Shown: in pieces, positions 47,600 through 57,462 of the stretch
How positions within the stretch are numbered: position 1 is the first letter of the stretch
How the letters are laid out: the number at the start of each line of letters is the position of its first letter
NCBI GenBank assembly: GCA_964035575.1
Contig: OZ037835.1
Location: 868,001 to 932,000, forward strand
DNA length: 64,000 nucleotides
Source of the DNA: Rhynchopus sp. YZ270_cl-10
Taxonomy: Eukaryota
Direction: 5' to 3'
The notes under the pieces: model-generated
Database searches by the model: none
Seen by the model: the letters and a program-made list of their open reading frames with translations, nothing else
What the model was told of the DNA's origin: nothing
Program-made: the position numbers and the translations under genes

Positions 47600-48644
47600 C
47601 GTGTCTTTTGTGTGTTGTTGCTGTGTCTTTTGTGCTGGTTTCTTTTTGTGCAGAGGTTGTGGGTGACGAGAGAGGACGAAGAACACACATGCAACACACC
47701 CTCTGAGGGAACGGAATACACGGATACGTCACACACCTCACTGCCAGTGTGGACCATGGCACTGCGGGAACCCTCTGACGAAGTGATGTGCATGCATGCA
47801 GCTGCTGTTCAGCGCTGTAGATCCGCAGCAAACACAGGTGAGAGACCTGAGGGCAGCGAACCACAAGACGCAGCTTGGATGTGGAAGACCTCTGAACAGA
47901 AAATTTTGCCTTTAAATACAACCCCTCTCGTAAACAGTTACCTTTTGTTTGGGTCCATAACTGGTGCACCGTCGGTGGACCCCACTGACCATGCCCCAAT
48001 CCTACAATCCATTTCGTGGTTCGCATCTGATATGCTGCCCCCGCTTGCTCTCAACAGATGAATGAAAGCATCATTGAACACATAGATTACGTCTAACTTT
48101 GTGTCGATACAGCACAAAAGGGTGGAGAAATATATTGTTTTTGAGTAGAGGTGGAGGTGGAGGGCGACTCCGCACCGACGCCACCGTATCGCATAAGAGC
48201 GAGGTTCCATCAAGGACCAAAAGCAAACACTACTTTTAAACAAGCACAGGCTGTGCCAAAGAAGCGGATGGACGGCTTGAAGGCAGGACGTGACAAGGAT
48301 ATGGAAGGGAGACACGCCGTGACGGGTCATAACCCGTCCCTTCGTGAGATCTTGGGATCCGACGGGACTACCTTCGACAACCTCAGAAGGGGGCGACGGT
48401 AAGACTCATGACGTCCGTCTTTCATGTCCAGACGTATTGCATACTCGTACAAAAAAAGGGGGAGGTATTATCATTGAACACAGCCAAAAGGATTCTTGGC
48501 GCAAAGGGAGAAAGGGGATGAGGGGTGAAGTCGCTACCAAGACAGTAGGGGCATCCTACGAACGTTGCAACGTGTCTACCGTGACTCAGTGCAAGGAGAC
48601 GCTTGACCCATGGTCGAAGTCGGATGAGGGTTTGCGACCTCTAG

Positions 48645-49991
48645 TTACAACAGTGCATCAGTCAGCACCTGCACAACGTCTTTGTGATCTTCCTCCACCG
48701 CATACTGCAACGCAGTGTAGTTGTTTTCAGTGTCTCGGTGATTCAGTTCCACCTCTGGCAAGCCCACAAGATAGCGCACAGTCTCGGTGTGTCCACACCA
48801 CGCCGCAAGGATAAGACACGTGAGCCCTTCCTCATTTGTGTCACGCACTCCCGCACCTGCTCTGACCAACATCTTCACAACGTCAAGTGCTCCTGTACCA
48901 CAAGCATTGTGCAGAGGTGAACACCCCTTGTCGTTCTGTATGTTGATGTCTGCACCTGCATCAATCAGTACCTGCACCGCGTCTACCCCCCCCTCATCCA
49001 CAGCATAGTGCAACGCAGTGAAGTTGTTTATAGCATCTCGGTGATTCACATCCACCTCTGGCAAGCACAAAAGATAGCGCACAGTCTCGGTGTGTCCACA
49101 CAGCGCTGCCGGGGCAAGACACGGATCATTTGTGGCACACACTCCCGCACCTGCTCTGACCAACATCTTCACAACTTCGAGTGCTCCTAAAATGCAAGCA
49201 TCAGACAGAGGTGAACATCCGTCGCTGCCCCTTGTTTCGATGTCAGAACCTGCATCAATCAGTACCCGCACCACGTCTGTGTGCTTGTGAAGAGTCCCTA
49301 AGTGCAACGCATTGTGGTTGTGACCATCTCGGTGATTCACATCGACCTCTGGCAAGCCCACAAGATAGCGAACAATCTCCGTGTGTCCACCTTGTGACGC
49401 AACTTGAAGACACGTGTGGCCCTCGTCATCTGTGGCACGCACTCCCGCACCTGCTCTGACCAACATCTTCACAACGGCAAGTGCTCCTGAACCGCAAGCA
49501 GTGTGCAGAGACAAACATCCGTTCTCGCCTTTCGTATGTAAGTCTGCCCCTGCATCAATCAAGACACGACACACTGCAGGGTCTGACCACATGGCCGGAC
49601 AGAGACTCGCTGACTGACCTGCGCTGTGCTTGGAATCATGCGGGACAAACGCCACGTTGTGGCAGACGAACTTCCAATACTGCAAGAGGACCTCCGTGCA
49701 CGCAACGTGGTCTGCGTGGACACACTCACTCAGCAGCATCCCAAAGCCCATCTGCGTTGTCTCAACATACGGAAGAAGCAGTGTGAGGCATTCATCGTGG
49801 TTCCCTCTGCATGCCTCGTGCGCAGCATCGAAGGCCAGTTTTGTTCCGTGTGGGTTGAACTTCTCAAGGACCGCCCGCACGGCAGTCGTGTCGCCGTTCC
49901 TGGCAGCCTCCATCAAGACCTCGTCTGCAGAAAGCTGTCTTCTCTTTCGTGGGTTCTCATCCTGCATGCTGTCTGCGTGTCGCTTCGGCAT
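48645..49991 (-). CDS. Ankyrin-repeat family member 8 (448 aa)
   Basis: Intact ORF with family termini. Confidence 0.92.
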   Translation of the reverse strand: MPKRHADSMQDENPRKRRQLSADEVLMEAARNGDTTAVRAVLEKFNPHGTKLAFDAAHEACRGNHDECLTLLLPYVETTQMGFGMLLSECVHADHVACTEVLLQYWKFVCHNVAFVPHDSKHSAGQSASLCPAMWSDPAVCRVLIDAGADLHTKGENGCLSLHTACGSGALAVVKMLVRAGAGVRATDDEGHTCLQVASQGGHTEIVRYLVGLPEVDVNHRDGHNHNALHLGTLHKHTDVVRVLIDAGSDIETRGSDGCSPLSDACILGALEVVKMLVRAGAGVCATNDPCLAPAALCGHTETVRYLLCLPEVDVNHRDAINNFTALHYAVDEGGVDAVQVLIDAGADINIQNDKGCSPLHNACGTGALDVVKMLVRAGAGVRDTNEEGLTCLILAAWCGHTETVRYLVGLPEVELNHRDTENNYTALQYAVEEDHKDVVQVLTDALL

Positions 49992-50729
49992 CGTGTGTTT
50001 GTGTGTTGTTGCTGTGTCTTTTGCGTGGGCTTCTTTTTGTGCAGAGGTTGTGGGTGAGGAGAGAGGACCTAACTACGCTTTTGGTTTTTGGCAGACACAC
50101 AGGGTGCCAGGCTCTATGATGTGCACGGAACCACCCTGCACCTGTTTGTCATGTTGTTTCCCGCGCAATACACGGAGAATCGTTTCGCGCTAGAAACCAG
50201 CTCTCATGTTTGCGTGTGGAACAAAAAAAGGAGAGGAAAAAGCTTTTTTCTGATCGAAGGTTGTCGCTACGTTTTGGGTACCTGCCCGAGAATAAAATCT
50301 GCTCGATAAAAGAATCGCGAGCTCGTTGTTTTATCTTGTTCAAGGGAAACAGACACTGGACATACAATAATATGGGTATGTGGGGTGGGCTCCGACCCCA
50401 CACCCTACCCCACCTAAATAAACAAACCTATGTGTGTACACAAGTCGACTTCCACAGGTGTCGTCGTCCCCATTTTTTCACAAAAGAAGTAACGTGTTGA
50501 AATCCACACGTTCCACATGTGGAGCGTAATGACCGAAAAAAAGGGGGTGGTATTATCATTGAACACAGCCAAAAGGATTCTTGGCGCAAAGGGAGAAAGG
50601 GGATGAGGGGTGAAGTCGCTACCAAGACAGTAGGGGCATCCTACGAACGTTGCAACGTGTCTACCGTGACTCAGTGCAAGGAGACGCTTGACCCATGGTC
50701 GAAGTCGGATGAGGGTTTGCGACCTCTAG

Positions 50730-52100
50730 TTACAACAGTGCATCAGTCAGCACCTGCACAACGTCTTTGTGATCTTCCTCCACCGCATACTGCAACGCAG
50801 TGTAGTTCTTGACAGTGTCTCGGTGATTCAGTTCCACCTCTGGCAAGCCCACAAGATAGCGAACAGTCTCGGTGTGTCCAGAACATGCCGCAAGCATAAG
50901 ACATGTGAGCCCTTCCTCATTTGCGACACGCACTCCCGCTCCTGCTCTGACCAACATCTTCACAACGTTAAGTTCTCCTGAAGCGCAAGCATAGTGCAGA
51001 GGAGAACATCCGTAGTCGTTCTGTATGTTAATGTCTGCCCCTGCATCAAGCAGTACCTGCACCACGTCTGTGCATTCGTCGCTCATATCCCTAAGTGCTA
51101 AGTGCAACGCAGTGCCGTTGTCAGTGTCTCGGTGATTCACATCCACCTCTGGCAAGCACACAAGATAGCACACAGTCTCGGTGTGTCCAAATTGTGACGC
51201 AATCATAAGACACATTTGCCCTTCCTCATTTGCGACACACACTCCCGCACCTGCTCTGACCAACACCTTCACAACGTCAAGTGCTCCTGAAGCGCAAGCA
51301 TCGTGCAGAGGTGAACATCCGTTGTTGTTCTGTATGTCCATGTCTGCACCTGCATCAACCAGCACCTGCACCACGTCTGTGCATTTCTCGCTCATATCCC
51401 AAAGTGCTAAGTGCAACGCAGTCCCGTTGTCAGCATCTCGGTGATTCACATCCACCTCTGGCAAGCCCACAAGATAGCGCACAGTCTCGGTGTGTCCAGA
51501 ACGTACCGCAACTTGAAGACACGTGCATCCTCTGTCATTTGTGGCACGCACTCCCGCACCTGCTCTGACCAACATCTTCACAACTTCGAGTGCTCCAACA
51601 TGGCAAGCAGTGTGCAGAGGCAAAATTCCATAATAGCCTTTCGTATGTAAGTCTGCACCTGCATCAATCAAGACGCGACACACTGCAGGGTCTGACCACA
51701 TGGCAGGACAGTGACAAGCTGACTGACCTGCGATGTGCTTGGACTTATGAGGGACAAACGCCGCGTTGTTACAGACAGACTTCCAATGCTGCAAGAGGAC
51801 CTCCGTGCACACAACGTGGTCTGCGTGGACACACTCACTCAGCAGCATCCCAAAGCCCATCTGCGTTGTCTCAACATACGGAAGAAGCAGTGTGAGGCAT
51901 TCATCGTGGTTCCTTCTGCATGCCTCGTGCGCAGCATCGAAGGCCACTGTTTTTCTGTCTGGGTTGAAATTCTCAAGGACCGCCCGCACGGCAGTCGTGT
52001 CGCCGTTCCTGGCAGCCTCCATCAAGACCTCGTCTGCAGAAAGCTGTCTTCTCTTTCGTGGGTTCTCATCCTGCCTGCTGTCTGCGTGTCGCTTCGGCAT
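50730..52100 (-). CDS. Ankyrin-repeat family member 9 (456 aa)
   Basis: MPKRH start at 52100; intact. Confidence 0.92.
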   Translation of the reverse strand: MPKRHADSRQDENPRKRRQLSADEVLMEAARNGDTTAVRAVLENFNPDRKTVAFDAAHEACRRNHDECLTLLLPYVETTQMGFGMLLSECVHADHVVCTEVLLQHWKSVCNNAAFVPHKSKHIAGQSACHCPAMWSDPAVCRVLIDAGADLHTKGYYGILPLHTACHVGALEVVKMLVRAGAGVRATNDRGCTCLQVAVRSGHTETVRYLVGLPEVDVNHRDADNGTALHLALWDMSEKCTDVVQVLVDAGADMDIQNNNGCSPLHDACASGALDVVKVLVRAGAGVCVANEEGQMCLMIASQFGHTETVCYLVCLPEVDVNHRDTDNGTALHLALRDMSDECTDVVQVLLDAGADINIQNDYGCSPLHYACASGELNVVKMLVRAGAGVRVANEEGLTCLMLAACSGHTETVRYLVGLPEVELNHRDTVKNYTALQYAVEEDHKDVVQVLTDALL

Positions 52101-53509
52101 TGTGTTTGTGTGTGTTGTTGCTGTGTCTTTTGTGTTGGTTTCTTTTTGTGCAGAGGTTGTGGGTGACGAGAGAGGACGAAGAACACACATGCACCCTCTG
52201 AGGGAACGGAATGCACGGATACGTCACACACCTCACTGCCATACACTTTTTGTTTCCCCCAAAAAATTTTGCCACGACCGAAGCTTTTGACAAAATAGAA
52301 CACCAGTTCGCAGCGGTGTGTACCATGGCACTGCGGGAACCCTCTGACGAAGTGATGTGCATGCATGCAGCTGCTGTTCAGCGCTGTAGATCCGCAGCAA
52401 ACACAGGTGAGAGACCTGAGGGCAGCGAACCACAAGACGCAGCTTGGTTGGGACTGGAAGACCTCTGAACAGAAAATTTCGATTTGAAATCCAACACCCC
52501 TCTCGTAAACAGTTACCTTTTGTTTGGGTCCATAACTGGTGCACCGTCGGTGGACCCCCCTGACCATGCCAATCCTACAATCCATTTCGTGGTTCACATC
52601 TGATTCGCTGCCCCCGCTTGCTCACATCAGATGAATGAAAGCATCATTGAACACATAGATTACGTCTAACTTTGTGTCGATACAGCACAAAAGGGTGGAG
52701 AAATATATTGTTTTTGAGTAGAGGTGGAGGTGGAGGGCGACTCCGCACCGACGCCACCGTATCGCATAAGAGCGAGGTTCCATCAAGGACCAAAAGCAAA
52801 CACTACTTTTAAACAAGCACAGGCTGTGCCAAAGAAGCGGATGGACGGCTTGAAGGCAGGACGTGACAAGGATATGGAAGGGAGACACGCCGTGACGGGT
52901 CATAACCCGTCCCTTCGTGAGATCTTGGGATCCGACGGGACTACCTTCGACAACCTCAGAAGGGGGCGACGGTAAGACTCATGACGTCCGTCTTTCATGT
53001 CCAGACGTATTGCATACTCGTACAAAAAAAGGGGGAGGTATTATCATTGAACACAGCCAAAAGGATTCTTGGCGCAAAGGGAGAAAGGGGATGAGGGGTG
53101 AAGTCGCTACCAAGACAGTAGGGGCATCCTACGAACGTTGCAACGTGTCTACCGTGACTCAGTGCAAGGAGACGCTTGACCCATGGTCGAAGTCGGATGA
53201 GGGTTTGCGACCTCTAGTTACAACAGTGCATCGGTCAGCACCTGCACAACGTCTTCGCGATTTTTCTCCACCGCATACTGCAACGCAGTGTAGTTCTTGA
53301 CAGTGTCTCGGTGATTCAGTTCCACCTCTGGCAAGCCCACAAGATAGCGCACAGTCTCGATGTGCCCTAAAACGTGCCGTAATGACAAGACACGATCGCC
53401 CTTCGTCATTTGTGGCACGCACTCCCGCACCTGCTCTGACCAACATCTTCACAACGTCAAGTGCTCCTGAAGTGCAAGCATCGTGCAGAGGCGAACGTCT
53501 ATCGTTGCT

Positions 53510-54883
53510 CTATGTCTCGCTGTCTGCACCTGCATCAATCAGCACCTGCACAACGTCTGTGTGCCTCATGCGTGCCGCATAGTGCAATGCGGTGAGGTTG
53601 CCATCAGCCCCAGCTGAATGGTGATTCACATCCACCTCTGGCAAGCCCACAAGATAGCGCACAGTCTCGGTGTGTCCAGAACACGCCGCAAGCATAAGAC
53701 ACGCGCACCCTTCATCGTCTGTGGCACGCACTCCCGCACCTGCTCTGACCAACATCTTCACAATGTCAAGTTCTCCGAAAGCGCAAGCATCGTGGAGAGG
53801 CGAACGTCCCTCGTGGTTCTGTGTGTCCATGTCAGAAGCTGCATCAATCAGCACCAGCACAACGTCTGTGCACATGTGAATAGCCGCTAAGTGCAACGCA
53901 GTGTAGTTACTTTCAGTGTCTCGGTGATTCAGTTCCACCTCTGGCAATCCCACAAGATAGCGCACAGTCTCGGTGTGTCCTAAACGTGCCGCAAGCATAA
54001 GACACGTTCGCCCTTCCTCATCTGTGGCACACACTCTCGCACCTGCTCTGACTAACATCTTCACAACGTCAAGTTCTCCTGCACCGCAAGCATCGTGCAG
54101 AGGCGAACGTCCCTCGTAGTTCTGTGTGTCGATGTCTGCACCTGCATCAATCAGCACCTGCACCACGTCTGTGTGCTTGTTAACAGCCGCTAAGTGCAAC
54201 GCATTGTGGTTGCCAGCATCTCGCTGATTCAGTTCCACTTCTGGCAAGCCCACAAGATAGCGAACAGTCTCGGTGTGTCCACGTTGTGACGCAACTTGAA
54301 GACACGTCCATCCTGCGGAATAAGTCGCACGCACTCTCGCACCTGCTCTGACCAACATCTTCACAACGTCAAGTGCTCCTGATTCACAAGCATAGTGCAG
54401 AGGCGAACTCCCATACTCATCTTTCGTATGTAAGTCTGCCCCTGCATCAATCAAGACGCGACACACTGCAGGGTCTGACCACATGGCCGGACAGACACTC
54501 GCTGACTGACCTGCGCTGTGCTTGGAATCATGCGGGACAAACGCCGCGTTGTTGCAGACTGACTTCCAATGCTGCAAGAGGACCTCCGTGCACGCAACGT
54601 GGTCTGCGTGGACACACTCACTCAGCAGGATCCCAAAGCCCATCTGCGTTGTCTCAACATACGGAAGAAGCAGTGTGAGGCATTCATCGTGGTTCCCTCT
54701 GCATGCCTCGTGCGCAGCATCGAAGGCCACTGCTTTCCTGTCTGGGTTGAACTTGTCAAGAACCGCCCGCACGGCAGTCGTGTCGCCGTTCCTGGCAGCC
54801 TCCACCAAGACCTCGTCTGCAGAAAGCTGTCTTCTCTTTCGTGGGTTCTCGTCCTGCGTGCTGTCTGCGTGTCGCTTCGGCAT
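53510..54883 (-). CDS. Ankyrin-repeat family member 10, truncated by TAG (457 aa); frameshifted relict tail to 53218
   Basis: TAG at 53510-53512, then a 1 bp insertion near 53370. Confidence 0.8.
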   Translation of the reverse strand: MPKRHADSTQDENPRKRRQLSADEVLVEAARNGDTTAVRAVLDKFNPDRKAVAFDAAHEACRGNHDECLTLLLPYVETTQMGFGILLSECVHADHVACTEVLLQHWKSVCNNAAFVPHDSKHSAGQSASVCPAMWSDPAVCRVLIDAGADLHTKDEYGSSPLHYACESGALDVVKMLVRAGARVRATYSAGWTCLQVASQRGHTETVRYLVGLPEVELNQRDAGNHNALHLAAVNKHTDVVQVLIDAGADIDTQNYEGRSPLHDACGAGELDVVKMLVRAGARVCATDEEGRTCLMLAARLGHTETVRYLVGLPEVELNHRDTESNYTALHLAAIHMCTDVVLVLIDAASDMDTQNHEGRSPLHDACAFGELDIVKMLVRAGAGVRATDDEGCACLMLAACSGHTETVRYLVGLPEVDVNHHSAGADGNLTALHYAARMRHTDVVQVLIDAGADSET

Positions 54884-55800
54884 TGTGTTTGTGTCTTGTT
54901 GCTGTGTCTTTTCTGTTGGTTTCTTTTTGTGCAGAGGTTGTGGGTGAGGAGAGAGGACGAGAACACACATGCAACACACCCTCTGAGGGAACGGAATACA
55001 CGGATACGTCACACACCTCACTGCCACACACTTTTCGTTTCCCCCTCTTCCGACCCCAATATTACCCTTTCCGCCACGACCGAAGCTTTTGACAAAATAG
55101 AACACCAGTTCGCAGCGGTGTGTACCATGGCACTGCGGGCAGCCTCTGACGAAGTGATGTGCATGCATGCAGCTGCTGTTCAGCGCTGTAGATCCGCAGC
55201 AAACACAGGTGAGAGACCTGAGGGCAGCGAACCACAAGACGCAGCTTGGTTGGGACTGGAAGACCTCTGAACAGAAAATTTTGATTTTAAATACAACCCC
55301 TCTCGTAAACAGTTACCCTTTGTTTGGGTCCATAACTGGTGCACCGTCGGTGGACCCCACTGACCATGCCCCAATCCTACAATCCATTTCGTGGTTCGCA
55401 TCTGATATGCTGCCCCCGCTTGCTCTCAACAGATGAATGAAAGCATCATTGAACACATAGATTACGTCTAACTTTGTGTCGATACAGCACAAAGGGGGGG
55501 AGAACTTTTTTGTTTTTCCTTTGTTGTTTGACTCGACCAAAAGGCGGGCAGGGGAGAAGGACACGTGGGGGAGAGGTGTGGTGTGAGGAGGTGGGGTGGC
55601 GCCCCTACTGGGTTTTATGTATTCTTTTGTTCATTGTTTCTTTGCTTCTATTCGGATGAAGGGGGGTTTTTGATAAATAAATATTTTTTTTTGAATAGAT
55701 AAAAGCAATAAATTACTTTTTATTTAAAACAAAAGGCACTCCGTATCCAAAACAGGGGGGCAGTCTTCGGATGAAGTGGGGGGGGGGAGAAGACTGTGTG

Positions 55801-56061
55801 CTATGTACTTTTTTTTGCTTTTTTTTTGAAAACGTTATTGACAACGTGTGGTGGGTCATCGGCACCCAGGTTGTAGATCTGCTTGCCACGGTCTAGCTGG
55901 AATGGCGTGCCCACAGGCTCGCTGTTATCCATGGGAAATATGCAGACACCACGCCACTGTCCCTTCTTGTAGTCTGGGTAGAAGTTGCACGGCAGATGCG
56001 GGAACCTTCTGTCGCCTCTGTTCGTGGCTTCCCCGTAGGAGATCCAGTCAGATATACCCAC
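55801..56061 (-). CDS. Possible short ORF or exon (86 aa), unknown
   Basis: ATG-started, protein-like composition in AT-rich surroundings; no recognised domain. Confidence 0.25.
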   Translation of the reverse strand: MGISDWISYGEATNRGDRRFPHLPCNFYPDYKKGQWRGVCIFPMDNSEPVGTPFQLDRGKQIYNLGADDPPHVVNNVFKKKAKKST

Positions 56062-56110
56062 CGCCCATACCCCCGCTATTGTACTTAAAAAAATTTTTTT
56101 TGTTTGAAAA

Positions 56111-56761
56111 CAGAGTTTATTTTTCGATCCGGTTTTTCAGGCCTCAAGGGGGGTCGAAAATTTGTCAGCCGAGCCCGGGCGCGCTTCGCGCGCCCGGGTC
56201 CCCACCTTAGCTCAAGTTGGGGGCCTCCGGCGGAATGTGAGAATTCCGTGGTTGTCCAACTGCGGAGTTCGGCACTTCCCTAATATTTACACCAGGCAGA
56301 CGGGGCACACGAATTATCAGTAACCTCAGTACATTTACAAAAGAAACGGCGGTCATGGCACCCATAGGTTCCTGGCGAAGCCACGGTACGCAACATTTCA
56401 AAAATTTGCGCTTAAAATTACACATTTTTACCGCCAAACTATGTCATGGGAAGGGTGGGTTGCAAGCTTGCGCCGCAGGCGCACGGTACGCTACTTTTTG
56501 TCTTTCGTCATGCTTAGGTTTGCTTCCTTTTCCTTCGGCGCTTGACTAATTGAGTCGCGTTCTGGCTGCACGGAGTCACTTTGTTCACGAGGCACGAGGC
56601 TGAATATGGCCCCATGGCGAGTGTGGGTGCATGCCGGGCCACCCCCCTTGGAAATTTTTCGGCCCCCGGATTTTTTTTTTCTCCACCCCCCCTGGACACG
56701 TCTGAAAAACCCCCCAAAGGGGGTCGAACCCCCCCCCCACCCCCCCACAAAAAAATCTCTG
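56111..56761. mobile_element. hAT-like MITE carrying the GNA-hairpin cassette
   Basis: CAGAG...CTCTG termini and 8 bp TSD TTTGAAAA. Element-free versions of the target (TTTGAAAACTTGGTTGTATTAGTG) are at ~45891 and ~58998. Confidence 0.8.
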
Positions 56762-56929
56762 TTTGAAAACTTGGTTGTATTAGTGTAGCCACAGGATGAA
56801 CTCCACTATTTTTTGAATTATTAAATGTTTGGTAACGTGTTGATCACCTCGCTTTTCTCTCGGTGAGCTCCACGCAGCCGTTCGTCGCCTTTTTTTGGGG
56901 AAATAAAAAACTTTGAGAGTCGTGAATGT

Positions 56930-57462
56930 TTTTTCAACTTACCTTCCTTCACCCCCCCTGTAAGGGTAACCGTAGGTGAAGTAAGGTATAGTATTGAAAT
57001 CGATGTGGGGGGGGAGTAAAGGGTCAATATTACAACCCGGATTTTGAGGAAAATTTTGGCCAAAAATGGGCCCCACGTATAAGGAACCGGGCTCATATTT
57101 CTCAAAATTTAAGTGGTCAAAAAATTGTCCAATTTTCGAGATTGACCCCACCACTGCACGGGCGGAGCCCAAAAACGCAAATAAGGACCCTTTTTAATTT
57201 TCAACTTACCTTCCTTCACCCCCCCTTAAGGGTAACCGTAGGTGAAGTAAGGTATAGTATTGAAATCGATGTGGGGGGGGAGTAAAGGGTCAATATTACA
57301 ACCCGGATTTTGAGGAAAATTTTGGCCAAAAATGGGCCCCACGTATAAGGAACCGGGCTCATATTTCTCAAAATTTAAGTGGTCAAAAAATTGTCCAATT
57401 TTCGAGATTGACCCCACCACTGCACGGGCGGAGCCCAAAAACGCAAATAAGGACCCTTTTTA
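56930..57462. repeat. Near-perfect tandem duplication of ~265 bp
   Basis: TTCAACTTACCTTCCTTCACCCCCC...ATAAGGACCCTTTT occurs twice. Confidence 0.9.

Larger units (their letters stand above)
34364..55490. repeat. Tandem gene array whose spacers are built from shared sequence blocks
   Basis: The 3' block GAACGTTGCAACGTGTCTACC...GACCTCTAGTTA follows most copies. 40913-41457 appears identical to 42805-43349. 47750-48640 resembles 52320-53215 and, in part, 55120-55490. Confidence 0.9.

Noticed and set aside
34675..54883. Diversity-generating retroelement as the source of ANK variation
   Set aside because: No reverse transcriptase or template repeat is visible and changes are not adenine-restricted. 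Recombination plus selection is sufficient.
36049..55237. N-terminal extensions of ANK ORFs shown in the track
   Set aside because: They differ among copies, whereas MPKRH is the common start of all ten.
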